A DNA stretch of 41,392 nt from Bacteroidales bacterium (GCA_021740225.1 JAIPAF010000001.1:1-41392), one strand, 5' to 3'; counted from the first letter of the stretch, positions 31,101 to 39,864 are shown. Program-made: numbers and translations. Notes: generated from the letters alone by a model not told the origin.

Positions 31101-31208
31101 GTTAACCTATTCGGTTATGCCGTGCTAGAACCTTATGCAGCCATACCTTTCCAACGCAACGATAAAAATATTACTTTTGGGCTTTTTATAAGAGGCAGTG
31201 GTTGGTAA
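28152..31208 (+). CDS. Outer-membrane Omp85-superfamily protein with N-terminal gluzincin-like and TolB-like (PD40) propeller domains
   Basis: Signal peptide from ATG 28152 (preferred over TTG 28092); HEMVH plus W..EGMAEY; five SP(D/E)G repeats; C-terminal barrel with VRGY and FIDGG motifs and a terminal aromatic residue. Confidence 0.8.
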   Translation: MRLRFLIFSWFIALILLVIPSYSLGQYFGQNKVNYEKFNFEIYETPHFEIYNYQGTTDAMKRLGRQSEHWYDRHFAIFRDTITQNPLIVYNNHPDFQQTTVISGQIGVGTGGVTEALRKRAVIPFMISNKETDHVLGHEMVHVFQYNMVKQNDTLGLQSLQNIPLWMIEGMAEYLSIGPEDNKTAMWMRDAVIHDDVPSIREMTRKPNEYFPYRYGHAFWSFITGTWGDAMVEPVLLATAKYGLNRAVDRLFGLTTDSLSTLWQKSVRNTYEPYIKEDTIKPVGRNMFTPENSGELNLSPVLSPDGKHMTFISNKDVITVDIFMANTEDRKIIKKLTSAVRQGDIDNYNYIESAGSFSPEGDRYVMTTIAKGRNRLLIADIEGDDVDVTNQVNIKGIQAFDNPEWSPDGEKILLTGLVDGQSDLYTYHVKSGEIEQLTDDPYSDLHAAWSPDGEKIAFISERGSDTDLEKPVYGKYRLCTLDVETGNVEVLPVFPESDILSPQFSPDGESLYFLSHADGYRNLYEYELETEDVYRLTEFVTGISGITDLAPAYSVASETGEIAYTLYGNDRYSVYMAKPEDFDRVRVDKNLADESASMLPPGRERVLNIVGNNLKRHSNLPETSFSKKSYDPEFQLDYIGSTGVGVGSSQFGTYASGGVTALWSDVLKRHQLITNLQVQGEIYDIGGYVSYLNQENRLNWGGSVSHIPYRYSYYAFDPNASYDTGEDTIAVSNFIIEQTRIFHDQFSLFGQYPLSKKLRFEAGASISRYSYMIQRINNYYLRGVPIDREKNRVPEQEPDPFYVGNAYLAYVGDNTNFGITGPLGGYRYRFQAGKMFASYDIINTQFDYRNYYFQNPFSFGIRALHYARYGPDANRLYPLYIGDHYYVRGYSYNSYNRDQTYNPNYLNLNSMVGSKMGVLNAEVRLPFSGPERLTYIQSKYFYTTLVGFIDGGFATEDYSNLAFSWEPLQDKNTPIFSMGLALRVNLFGYAVLEPYAAIPFQRNDKNITFGLFIRGSGW

Positions 31209-31301
31209 TAATGACTATATAATTTATTATTTGGCTATTATGAACTTCCTTTTTCTTTTCAAAAATTTTTTTACATTTATCAACATAAAAAATCATCCGC
31301 T

Positions 31302-33530
31302 ATGAAATTTATTAATCTATTATTATCTGTAGTGTTGGCTTTTTCTTTTGTTAATTCTCAGGGCCAAAACCGGATAGATGATAACATATCCGGAAAGGTT
31401 GATTCTGTCATGAGTCTGATGACTCTTGAAGAGAAGATTGGTCAGCTAAATTTAATCACCGGTGAGGGTGAAGTGACCGGACCGGTGACAATGGACAGGA
31501 ATTATGTCCAGCAAATTAAAGAAGGTAATGTAGGTTCCATGTTAAATGTAAATGGATCCGAATATACCCGCCGAATACAAAAGATAGCTGTGGAACAGAC
31601 CCGTTTGGGCATACCCTTAATTTTTGGCTATGATGTGATTCACGGTTATAAAACCATTTTTCCCGTGCCTTTGGGTGAAACTGCCACGTGGGATCTTGGC
31701 ACCATAGAAAGGTCGGCCCGTATTGCTGCTGTTGAAGCAACTGCGGCAGGTCAGCACTGGACTTTTGCACCTATGATTGATATAAGCCGTGATGCCAGAT
31801 GGGGTCGCATTATGGAAGGAGCCGGTGAAGATCCCTATTTGGGTTCCAAGGTAGCTCAGGCCAGAGTAAGAGGTTTTCAGGGCAGATATTTCAATGAGAA
31901 GCATACCATGCTGGCCTGTGCAAAACATTATGTGGCCTATGGCGCTGCACGGGGAGGACGGGATTACAATACCGTGGATATGTCTATACGCAGGTTAAAG
32001 GAAACTTTTATGCCTCCATTCCGGGCTGCATTGGATGCCGAAGTGGCTACCTACATGACTTCGTTTAATGAGCTTAACGGCGTGCCTGTAACCGGGAGTA
32101 AGCGTTTTGTGAAGGATATAATAAAAGATCAGTGGAATTTCAACGGTTTTATAGTCTCCGATTGGGGTTCCATAGCAGAAATGATAGTCCACGGTATTGC
32201 CAAAGATGAATATGAAGCCGGCAATTTAGCAATGAATGCAGGAGTGGATATGGATATGGAAGGACGGATTTATATTCGGGAATTGAAAAATCTGCTGGAA
32301 GAGGGAAAAATTTCTGAAGAACAGATCAATGATGCCGTAAGAAGAATCTTGAGAAAGAAATTTGAGCTTGGGTTATTTGAAGATCCTTACAAATATTGTG
32401 ATGAAGAAAGGGAAGAAAAATTATTGCTTGCGGAGCCGCACAGGAAACACGCCAGGAATGTGGCCTCTGAATCTATGGTGTTGTTAAAAAATGAAAATGA
32501 AGTGCTTCCTTTGAGTAAGAATCTTTCGAGTGTAGCACTTATCGGCCCTTTGGTAAAAGCAGATAAGGAATATATTGGAACCTGGTCGGCTCATGGAGAA
32601 GCAAAACATGTGATTAACTCCCTGGAGGGATTTAAGAATAAACTTGGGGAAAATACCGATATTGTCTATTCCAAAGGGTGTGATATTACGGGTGAGAAGA
32701 AAGACGGATTTGCTGATGCCTTGGAAAAGGCCCGGAATGCTGAAGCTATAGTTGCGGTTGTAGGAGAGAGTGCCATGATGAGTGGCGAAGCATTGTCTCG
32801 GATGGATATTGACATTCCCGGGGTACAGAAAGAACTTATAATGGAATTGGCCGAACTTGATAAACCCCTTGTAGTGGTTTTGATGAACGGCAGGCCACTT
32901 ACCATTCCCGAAGTGGATGAGGCTGTTCCTGCTATTCTGGAAGCCTGGTTGCCGGGCACGGAAGGAGGAAATGCCATTGCCGATGTTGTTTTTGGCGATT
33001 ACAATCCGTCCGGAAAATTGCCGGTCTCGTTTCCTTATGCCGTGGGACAGATCCCTGTGAATTATGAGCATAAAAATACCGGCCGTCCGAGACAGGAGGA
33101 CGTACGGTATACTTCCAAATATATCGACGGTCCCAATCAACCTTTGTATCCTTTCGGCTATGGATTGAGCTATACTACTTTTTCTTATTCGGATATACGG
33201 CTGAGTCAGGAGAAAATCGACTTCGATGAAACCCTTCAGGTAGGTGTAACTGTTGAGAATACCGGTGACAGGGCCGGTGAAGAAGTTGTGCAGATGTATA
33301 TCCGTGATATGGTGGGGAGCGTTACCCGTCCGGTAAAAGAATTGAAAGGTTTTCGGAAAATTTTCCTCCAACCGGGTGAAGAAAAAGAAGTGACCTTTGA
33401 TATTTCCCCGGATGATCTGGCATTCTATACGAAGGATATGCAATATGAAGCCGAACCGGGTAATTTTAAAGTTTTCATAGGCACTAATTCACAGGATTTA
33501 AAAGAAAAGGGTTTCAAGCTGGTTAAATAA
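31302..33530 (+). CDS. bglX: Periplasmic GH3 beta-glucosidase
   Basis: Signal peptide; DVIHG, RWGR..EG.GEDPYL, KHY, VSDW (nucleophile), PSGKLP.SFP, YPFGYGLSY, C-terminal Fn3-like domain (RPVKELKGF). Confidence 0.95.
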   Translation: MKFINLLLSVVLAFSFVNSQGQNRIDDNISGKVDSVMSLMTLEEKIGQLNLITGEGEVTGPVTMDRNYVQQIKEGNVGSMLNVNGSEYTRRIQKIAVEQTRLGIPLIFGYDVIHGYKTIFPVPLGETATWDLGTIERSARIAAVEATAAGQHWTFAPMIDISRDARWGRIMEGAGEDPYLGSKVAQARVRGFQGRYFNEKHTMLACAKHYVAYGAARGGRDYNTVDMSIRRLKETFMPPFRAALDAEVATYMTSFNELNGVPVTGSKRFVKDIIKDQWNFNGFIVSDWGSIAEMIVHGIAKDEYEAGNLAMNAGVDMDMEGRIYIRELKNLLEEGKISEEQINDAVRRILRKKFELGLFEDPYKYCDEEREEKLLLAEPHRKHARNVASESMVLLKNENEVLPLSKNLSSVALIGPLVKADKEYIGTWSAHGEAKHVINSLEGFKNKLGENTDIVYSKGCDITGEKKDGFADALEKARNAEAIVAVVGESAMMSGEALSRMDIDIPGVQKELIMELAELDKPLVVVLMNGRPLTIPEVDEAVPAILEAWLPGTEGGNAIADVVFGDYNPSGKLPVSFPYAVGQIPVNYEHKNTGRPRQEDVRYTSKYIDGPNQPLYPFGYGLSYTTFSYSDIRLSQEKIDFDETLQVGVTVENTGDRAGEEVVQMYIRDMVGSVTRPVKELKGFRKIFLQPGEEKEVTFDISPDDLAFYTKDMQYEAEPGNFKVFIGTNSQDLKEKGFKLVK

Positions 33531-34585
33531 TGAGTAAGTGTTTCTGCATTTTTCTTCTTGTGTTGATTTTATCGGGTATTCGAAGTTCCGCCCAGTACCA
33601 TTTGGTTTGGCAGGATGAATTCGATTATAATGGTCATCTTGATTCTACCAAATGGAATTATGAGACTGGCGGAGATGGTTGGGGTAATGAAGAACTTCAG
33701 TATTATACCGGAAAACGATTGAAAAATGCCCGCGTGGAAAACGGGAGGTTGATTATTGAAGCGCACAAGGAGAATTATGGTGGAAAACAATATACTTCTG
33801 CCAGGGTTACCACAACAGAGAAAGGAGACTGGACCTATGGACGGATAGAAGTCAAGGCTAAATTACCTTCGGGGAGAGGTACATGGCCTGCTATATGGAT
33901 GCTTCCCACAGAGTGGATCTATGGTGACGGGAGCTGGCCAGATAATGGTGAAATCGATATCATGGAGCATGTGGGATATAACGAGGGTGTTATCCATGGG
34001 ACCGTTCATACGGATGATTATAACCATATGGAAGGAACTCAAAAAGGGGATCAGATTTATATATCCGATGCAACATCCGCTTTTCATGTATATTCCATAG
34101 AATGGACAAAAGATAAAATACGGTGGTTTGTGGATGACGAGCAGTATTTTAGATTCATCAAGCAGGGAGATTGGAGTAAATGGCCTTTTGATCATCCTTT
34201 CCATCTGATTCTAAATGTGGCCGTTGGGGGTAGCTGGGGAGGTGTTGAAGGTGTGGATAATTCTATCTTCCCGACAAAAATGGAAATTGATTACGTGAGG
34301 GTCTATCAAAAGGAGGCGGAAACCGGTATAGACGATCAACAATCGTCTGATGAAGTGAAGATATATCCCATTCCAGTGGAGGAATTCGTGCATTTTTCTT
34401 CTTATAGGGCCATCAAAAAAATAGAAATTTTCAGTCTGACAGGGAAAGCGGTTTATAAGAATATTTTCGAGAAAGCAAAGAAACAGTGCAGGATCAATCT
34501 GAGTCATTTACCATCAGGATTATATCTGGCAAAATTCAGATTTTCGGATAATCGGGACTATACTGCAAAAATCATTAAAAATTAG
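33530..34585 (+). CDS. GH16 beta-1,3-glucanase (laminarinase-type) with T9SS type A C-terminal domain
   Basis: W.DEF, GWGN.ELQYY, WPAIWML, GEIDIMEH catalytic motif; CTD IYP.P...IFSLTGK...LPSGLY...KIIK. Coupled to bglX by a TAATG overlap. Confidence 0.92.
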   Translation: MSKCFCIFLLVLILSGIRSSAQYHLVWQDEFDYNGHLDSTKWNYETGGDGWGNEELQYYTGKRLKNARVENGRLIIEAHKENYGGKQYTSARVTTTEKGDWTYGRIEVKAKLPSGRGTWPAIWMLPTEWIYGDGSWPDNGEIDIMEHVGYNEGVIHGTVHTDDYNHMEGTQKGDQIYISDATSAFHVYSIEWTKDKIRWFVDDEQYFRFIKQGDWSKWPFDHPFHLILNVAVGGSWGGVEGVDNSIFPTKMEIDYVRVYQKEAETGIDDQQSSDEVKIYPIPVEEFVHFSSYRAIKKIEIFSLTGKAVYKNIFEKAKKQCRINLSHLPSGLYLAKFRFSDNRDYTAKIIKN

Positions 34586-34741
34586 TTTTTATCATTACCA
34601 TAAAAAGCGATTTATAAGATAAAAGGTATTTAATATAATTGCTTTGATAAAGGAAAAAAGATTTTTGGGTTAATCTCTTGATTAATGATTATATTTGGCC
34701 AGAAAATTTTATTACTTTAAACCAAATAAAAACTCAATTTT

Positions 34742-36202
34742 ATGGCAAAATCAAAGTCTTATAACAGAGGTTATGTTATTCTGATAGCTGCAATTGCAGC
34801 GTTCGGAGGTTTACTATTTGGATTTGATACGGGTGTAATCTCCGGGGCTTTACTGCTCATTAAAGACGATCCGAATTTAGTAATTAATGGAATGACTCAG
34901 TTGCCCGAAAGGACACAGGAATGGATTGTCAGTATAACGGTTCTTGGGGCTGCAGTTGGGGCATTAAGTAGTGGCAGAATAACAGACAGTCTAGGTCGTA
35001 AGAAGGTTCTGATCATTACCGCCCTCCTTTTTGCTATAGGTTCGGTAGGTCTGGCTGCTGCCAACAGTGTTGCAGCTCTTATTATCTGGAGGGGAGTTTT
35101 AGGTATTGCTATTGGTGTTGCTTCTTATACCGTACCCCTTTACATCTCGGAAATTTCTCCCACACACGTTCGCGGAGCATTGGTCTCTATAAACCAATTG
35201 GCCATTACTGTTGGGATTTTTGTTTCTTATCTGGTTGATCTGGGTTTTGCCGACTTTGACGAGGGATGGCGCTGGATGTTCCTGGTTGGGTTGGTTCCTT
35301 CTCTCATTTTGTTCATAGGTATGTTCTTCCTGCCGGAAACCCCGAGATGGTTGATGAATTATAAAGGTGAGGATGAGGCTAAAAGAGTTCTGGATAAAGT
35401 AGGTGAGCCTAAACGAGAGGAGGTTTTAACTCAGATAAAAAGCAACATTGATAAGGAAAAGGAACAACCTGGTATTTTTAAAGTACTTGGCGCCAAATGG
35501 GTGCGTCCCGCATTAATTATTGGCGTGGGTATTATGTTTATCCAGCAGCTTACAGGGATTAATACCATCATATATTATTCTCCGACCATTTTTGAGATGG
35601 CCGGTTTTGGGGCAGAAGCAGGAGATCCTGTTTTCAATGCCATACTTCCCTCTCTTCCCATTGGTTTTGTTAACGTGCTTTTTACTATCGTATCGATTTA
35701 TTTGGTTGACCGATGGGGTAGAAAACCCTTGCTTTATCTGGGACTGATCGGTATGGTTGTAGCCCTGATCTCTCTTGGAATAGCATTTACTTTCCATGAA
35801 TCCATTGGAGGGGCTCTTAGATGGATCTCTTTTGTCAGTATGATCATCTATATTCCTTTCTTTGCCATTAGCCTTGGTCCCATTGCCTGGCTTTTAATAT
35901 CAGAAGTTTATCCTACAAAAGTACGGGGATTGGGCATGAGTATCGCTACTATGGTCAACTGGGTGGCTAACTTTTTGGTTGCCAATACATTTCTATCTCT
36001 TGGGAGAGCGGTTACCGGCACGATGCCCCATCCGGCAGATACAGGAACGCTCGTCAATCCCGGGGGAGCTTTCTTTATCTATGCAGTGATCGGCATTATA
36101 GGTCTTATTTTTGTTTACACTTATATACCTGAGACCAAGGGTCATTCACTTGAAAAAATTGAAAAGCATTTTCTTGATGGAAAGCATCCTAAGAAACTGT
36201 AG
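34742..36202 (+). CDS. MFS sugar porter family transporter
   Basis: GGLLFGFDTGVISGA, D.LGRK, YISEISP...RG, PETPRW, QQLTGIN, DRWGRK, PETKG..LE. -7 element TATATTTG at 34690-34697. Confidence 0.95.
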   Translation: MAKSKSYNRGYVILIAAIAAFGGLLFGFDTGVISGALLLIKDDPNLVINGMTQLPERTQEWIVSITVLGAAVGALSSGRITDSLGRKKVLIITALLFAIGSVGLAAANSVAALIIWRGVLGIAIGVASYTVPLYISEISPTHVRGALVSINQLAITVGIFVSYLVDLGFADFDEGWRWMFLVGLVPSLILFIGMFFLPETPRWLMNYKGEDEAKRVLDKVGEPKREEVLTQIKSNIDKEKEQPGIFKVLGAKWVRPALIIGVGIMFIQQLTGINTIIYYSPTIFEMAGFGAEAGDPVFNAILPSLPIGFVNVLFTIVSIYLVDRWGRKPLLYLGLIGMVVALISLGIAFTFHESIGGALRWISFVSMIIYIPFFAISLGPIAWLLISEVYPTKVRGLGMSIATMVNWVANFLVANTFLSLGRAVTGTMPHPADTGTLVNPGGAFFIYAVIGIIGLIFVYTYIPETKGHSLEKIEKHFLDGKHPKKL

Positions 36203-36217
36203 CGAATGAATGCTTAT

Positions 36218-36251
36218 AAAAAGGACGACACAGCTTTGTGTCGGCCTTTTT
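36218..36251. terminator. Intrinsic terminator after the sugar porter
   Basis: AAAAAGGACGACACA-GCTT-TGTGTCGGCCTTTTT. Confidence 0.8.
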
Positions 36252-36382
36252 ACTGTAAGTCCGGGCATGCAGAACGTTTTATGATTTTTGGAATCCCTCG
36301 AATACCATTTTACTCTCCGATTATGGTTTGGCTCTTTTCAAATTGCCAAACAGATTCAGCTAAGCAGTTGAATGTAAGCTTC

Positions 36383-37018
36383 TTACAAGTTATCGGCTAT
36401 TGACTTTGACCCGATCATAATATCAAAATGAACGGTGAGTTTATTGCGTGCTTTAATTACTCCGTTCAACCGTGAGGGAGGTTTTATACCATATTGGATC
36501 ATATCAATGGTGTGTTTCCCCTTCACACGAAACCGGTGTTCCTTCAGATGTTTGACTTGAACTTGAAAAACAGCGGTATTCGTCACTTTTTTTATTTCCA
36601 GATCCCCTTTAATATTGAGCGGGTTCCACTTATAAAAATTTTCTATTTCCGGGGAGGTTTTCAACCCCCGGTAGGTATAAACAATTTTTCGTGTATCCGG
36701 ATAATTCAGGGCTTCGTGAATGTCCCGGTTCATCATCTTGTTACCACACTGTATGGAGCTTACATAGAGTGTAAGCGATAAATGTTCGGGCTGGATGATC
36801 AATGAGTCTTTGTGTGCGAACGTATGCCTTAATATACCCCTTGTTTTCAGCTGGAAACTGTCTATAGAGCAGACATAACTGCTTATGTTTGTTTTTCCCT
36901 CCAGCCAGATTTTGCTGCCCTCCTTTAATTCCAATTCTTCAAGATTCTGAGAATATGTTGGCAAAGAGGACAACAATATCAATATGGCAGGGATGAATAG
37001 CCTTCGAAAATCAGGCAT
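36383..37018 (-). CDS. YceI-family (lipocalin-like) secreted protein 2
   Basis: Signal peptide; S.I..EGKTN, CGNKMMN.D..EAL, G.LEI..VT, IDM..YGI.PP. Paralogous layout to its neighbour. Confidence 0.8.
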   Translation of the reverse strand: MPDFRRLFIPAILILLSSLPTYSQNLEELELKEGSKIWLEGKTNISSYVCSIDSFQLKTRGILRHTFAHKDSLIIQPEHLSLTLYVSSIQCGNKMMNRDIHEALNYPDTRKIVYTYRGLKTSPEIENFYKWNPLNIKGDLEIKKVTNTAVFQVQVKHLKEHRFRVKGKHTIDMIQYGIKPPSRLNGVIKARNKLTVHFDIMIGSKSIADNL

Positions 37019-37032
37019 GTGAATTCCCGGGA

Positions 37033-37662
37033 TTATTTTGAAAATACTGCAGTAAATTGCACATTCACTTCATTTCCTGATTTTATGGCTCCGAACAAGG
37101 CTTTTGGCGGATCTACACTGAAATCCGTCATCATCAAATTTTTGCTGCCTGTAAACTGAAGGGTTTGATCATCCAATTGTTCACCTTTTACCTGCATGGC
37201 AATCTGTTTTGTCACTCCCGCAATGGTAAGATTACCTCTTGTTTGCAGAGTAAATGCATCTTCTGTCTTTTGAATAACTTTGGAACTGATCAGCTCGTAT
37301 TCAATTTTGGGATGCTCTTCTGCTTTCAGGGCATCATACATGATGTCGTCCATTTTGTTCCTCCCGCTTTCAATACTTTTTACCGGGATACTCAGTTGTA
37401 CATTTTTTACCGGGTTTTCCGGGGAATTGCTGCCATTAATAAGTGCCTGGGCAAATGCCCCTTGTCCTGTAATTTCGGTTACTTCACAATCCCAGTCGTG
37501 TACATTGGATGTCCCGTCAAAGGATAGCTCCGTATTGGAACCAATACGGAGTTGGATTGTATCCTGTGCCATTGCCGGTATGACAATGAACAGATTCATC
37601 AATACAAATAAAATTAGGTTGGATATGTGTTTGCTTTGTCTTTTTTTCGATTTATTTTTCAT
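37033..37662 (-). CDS. YceI-family (lipocalin-like) secreted protein 1
   Basis: Signal peptide; GTSNVHDW, IPVKSIESG...MD..MYDALKA..HP.I, GNLTIAGVTK, MTDF.VDPP. Confidence 0.88.
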   Translation of the reverse strand: MKNKSKKRQSKHISNLILFVLMNLFIVIPAMAQDTIQLRIGSNTELSFDGTSNVHDWDCEVTEITGQGAFAQALINGSNSPENPVKNVQLSIPVKSIESGRNKMDDIMYDALKAEEHPKIEYELISSKVIQKTEDAFTLQTRGNLTIAGVTKQIAMQVKGEQLDDQTLQFTGSKNLMMTDFSVDPPKALFGAIKSGNEVNVQFTAVFSK

Positions 37663-37814
37663 AGTTTTTCCTTTTCTTTTAATAATTTACCAACAATTGA
37701 TAAGGGCAATTTGCTCCGTAGATTCGTGTGATTAAGAATATAGGATCCCTCACTTATACATGGAAGATGCTAAGTTACGGGTCTATCCTCAAATGGCCTG
37801 GAAGAATTAATGGA

Positions 37815-38264
37815 TCAAGCTTTATTCTGAGAATCCTGGCCCGAGTGAGATTTGTAGGAAAGCTGCTTTTTTACCAGATCATCGAGTGTGTGTTTTGAAA
37901 GATACTCGATGATTTGAGTATTCAGGCCCTCCCAAAAATCTTTACAAGCGCAGCAGTTCTCATACGGACAATCCACATTTTTTGAAAGGCATTCCACGAT
38001 GCTTATCTCCGGTTCAAAAGCTTTGTAAATCTCATATATGGTTATTTCATGGGGCTCGCGGGTGATGATGTATCCGCTTTTTTTACCTTTGACGTTTGTT
38101 ATCAAACCTGCAGCTTTCAACGCCGAAATGATTTGATCAAGATATTTAAACGATATATTCTGATTTTTGGAAATGTCCTTTTGGTAAATCCCGTTTTGAG
38201 ATTTACTCATGCCTATTTCCATCATTGTTCTGATGCCATATCTTGTTTTTGTGTTAAATTTCAA
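37815..38264 (-). CDS. Rrf2-family (IscR/NsrR-like) transcriptional regulator with Cys cluster
   Basis: KFNTKTRYG, IS.KYLDQI...LK.AGL....G..SGY, ECLSKNVDCPYENCCAC. TTG start at 38264 is preferred because it matches the family N-terminus and the 38300 start overlaps a TAAATTTG -7 element (38298-38305). Confidence 0.9.
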   Translation of the reverse strand: MKFNTKTRYGIRTMMEIGMSKSQNGIYQKDISKNQNISFKYLDQIISALKAAGLITNVKGKKSGYIITREPHEITIYEIYKAFEPEISIVECLSKNVDCPYENCCACKDFWEGLNTQIIEYLSKHTLDDLVKKQLSYKSHSGQDSQNKA

Positions 38265-38304
38265 TATTCTATAATTAATTCGTTTGATAACATTGGTCAA
38301 ATTT

Positions 38305-38344
38305 AATGAATTCTCCGTATATTATTAAAAACGGAGAATTCATT
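38305..38344. terminator. Perfect 14-bp hairpin between the OMP gene and Rrf2
   Basis: AATGAATTCTCCGT (38305-38318) / ACGGAGAATTCATT (38331-38344). Confidence 0.7.
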
Positions 38345-38363
38345 TTTTTAGCCCATCCGGCCA

Positions 38364-39590
38364 TTAAAAGGATATAGCAGCTTCCAGCATCATCCCGTTG
38401 AATCCTGCATCTTCGCCATATTGCGATGTAAACTCTTCATAGTTTTGATTAACATATTCAAGTTTTGTCTTGATGTTGTCTGTCATATCCCATCCACCGA
38501 TCAACTGGTATCTATCGACAGATTGACCGGAGTCGTTCTCGACATAATTGTAACGGCCGCCGAAATAAAACTGGTTATTGCCACCGAAATGGTAAAGGGC
38601 TTCAGCCGCGTATTGGGTGAATTTGAATTCCTGACCTGAGAAGGCGCCAGTTCCGTCTGCCATCTCATAGGTGGTGAATACTTCAAGGCCATTGTATTGT
38701 ATGAATATATTTTGCATCAATGAATTTAATTGATCAGAAAATCCCGGTCCCCAGCGGCCAGTTGTATGAGGGCTGCTGGGATCCACATTTCCATTTTCAG
38801 TCTGTTCGTTCATGACCATGTAATATCGGGAACCCGCACGTTCACCGTAGTAAAGTGAACCAAAATGATGATTGCTTTGATGATAGCCTGAAAGAGTAGC
38901 CCGGAATCTCAAATCATCGTTGAATTGCTTGTCGTACCCTCCTTTCCAGTAAAATGCCAGTTCATCCGTCAGGTTGTATTCCGTGTAGTCGCCTGAATAG
39001 GAACTGTAACCTGTCAGGTCGGGCCGCAATGACCCGGAAGAAATAGCTCCCATGGCGAGCCAGCCGTCCTGACGGTATAAAATTTCCAGTCCCGGCGCTG
39101 TGGTAAAAGCATCCATGATGTAGTTGCCTACAAAATTGTTGCTGATTACATCCCCATTGTCCGAACGGAAAAAGTGTGCATCTCCGAAGTTGGTTTCCAT
39201 AACACCTACCTTGAGTGTGAGGTGGTCCATTATGTTGTCCATTGGTTTTGAATTTAAAAACGGCATCTCATCCATCAGCAGATACCCACCCTTTACCCAT
39301 GACTCCGGGTGATGACGGGATGAAAGATAGGTTCTCAGATAAACTTTCATTCCTCTTCCCAGCATTGCCGAAACGTTGAGATTGGCAGTAGGAAGATTGA
39401 AGTTGGAGCCAAGCGGAATAAGCGCTGAATCAGCTGAATGGCTTAGACCCTGAAACTGCAGGGCAAAATCAGCCCCTACATTGCCTTTTACCTTATTCAC
39501 CGTTGTGTCTGAAAGATTTTGCTCAAATTTTTGTCCGAAGATGGCTGATGATAATATCAACAAGCCGATTAGAATTCCTGTTTTTTTCAT
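38364..39590 (-). CDS. Uncharacterised outer-membrane beta-barrel (porin-like) protein
   Basis: Signal peptide, amphipathic aromatic-rich strands, C-terminal LEAAISF (BAM signal); His motifs SRHH, DAHF, NHHF. Confidence 0.7.
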   Translation of the reverse strand: MKKTGILIGLLILSSAIFGQKFEQNLSDTTVNKVKGNVGADFALQFQGLSHSADSALIPLGSNFNLPTANLNVSAMLGRGMKVYLRTYLSSRHHPESWVKGGYLLMDEMPFLNSKPMDNIMDHLTLKVGVMETNFGDAHFFRSDNGDVISNNFVGNYIMDAFTTAPGLEILYRQDGWLAMGAISSGSLRPDLTGYSSYSGDYTEYNLTDELAFYWKGGYDKQFNDDLRFRATLSGYHQSNHHFGSLYYGERAGSRYYMVMNEQTENGNVDPSSPHTTGRWGPGFSDQLNSLMQNIFIQYNGLEVFTTYEMADGTGAFSGQEFKFTQYAAEALYHFGGNNQFYFGGRYNYVENDSGQSVDRYQLIGGWDMTDNIKTKLEYVNQNYEEFTSQYGEDAGFNGMMLEAAISF

Positions 39591-39682
39591 AGCGATAAAT
39601 TTTTGTTTCTAATTGAATTTTAATGTTTAACGTTTAATTAATCTGTTTTTCTCGTATCACACGTTTGTTTTATGTAGAATTA

Positions 39683-39710
39683 TACTACTAATCCTACCGC
39701 TTTAGTAGTA
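39683..39710. promoter_or_regulatory. Palindromic candidate operator (likely Rrf2 site)
   Basis: TACTACTAA-N10-TTAGTAGTA, immediately downstream of a near-consensus minus-strand promoter (TTTG...TTATTTTG) and upstream of the OMP gene. Confidence 0.6.
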
Positions 39711-39864
39711 CAAAATAAATACATTTTATGTTCATTTCCAAAAAAATCCCTGGGAAATGTTATTATGTTCACAGTAAAATTACCATAATTCACATTGAGT
39801 GAGTCATTACGAATCTATATTATAAAACGGTAAATGACTACTCGGCTCTCAATTGAGCATTAGG

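Noticed and set aside
32484..33443. 319-aa antisense ORF within bglX
   Set aside because: Lies wholly opposite a well-conserved gene and has no recognisable motifs; a codon-bias shadow.
36206..36403. 65-aa ORF after the sugar porter
   Set aside because: It runs through the terminator hairpin and has no recognisable features.
38265..38300. Longer Rrf2 start at 38300
   Set aside because: It overlaps a -7 promoter element, and the family N-terminus begins at 38264.
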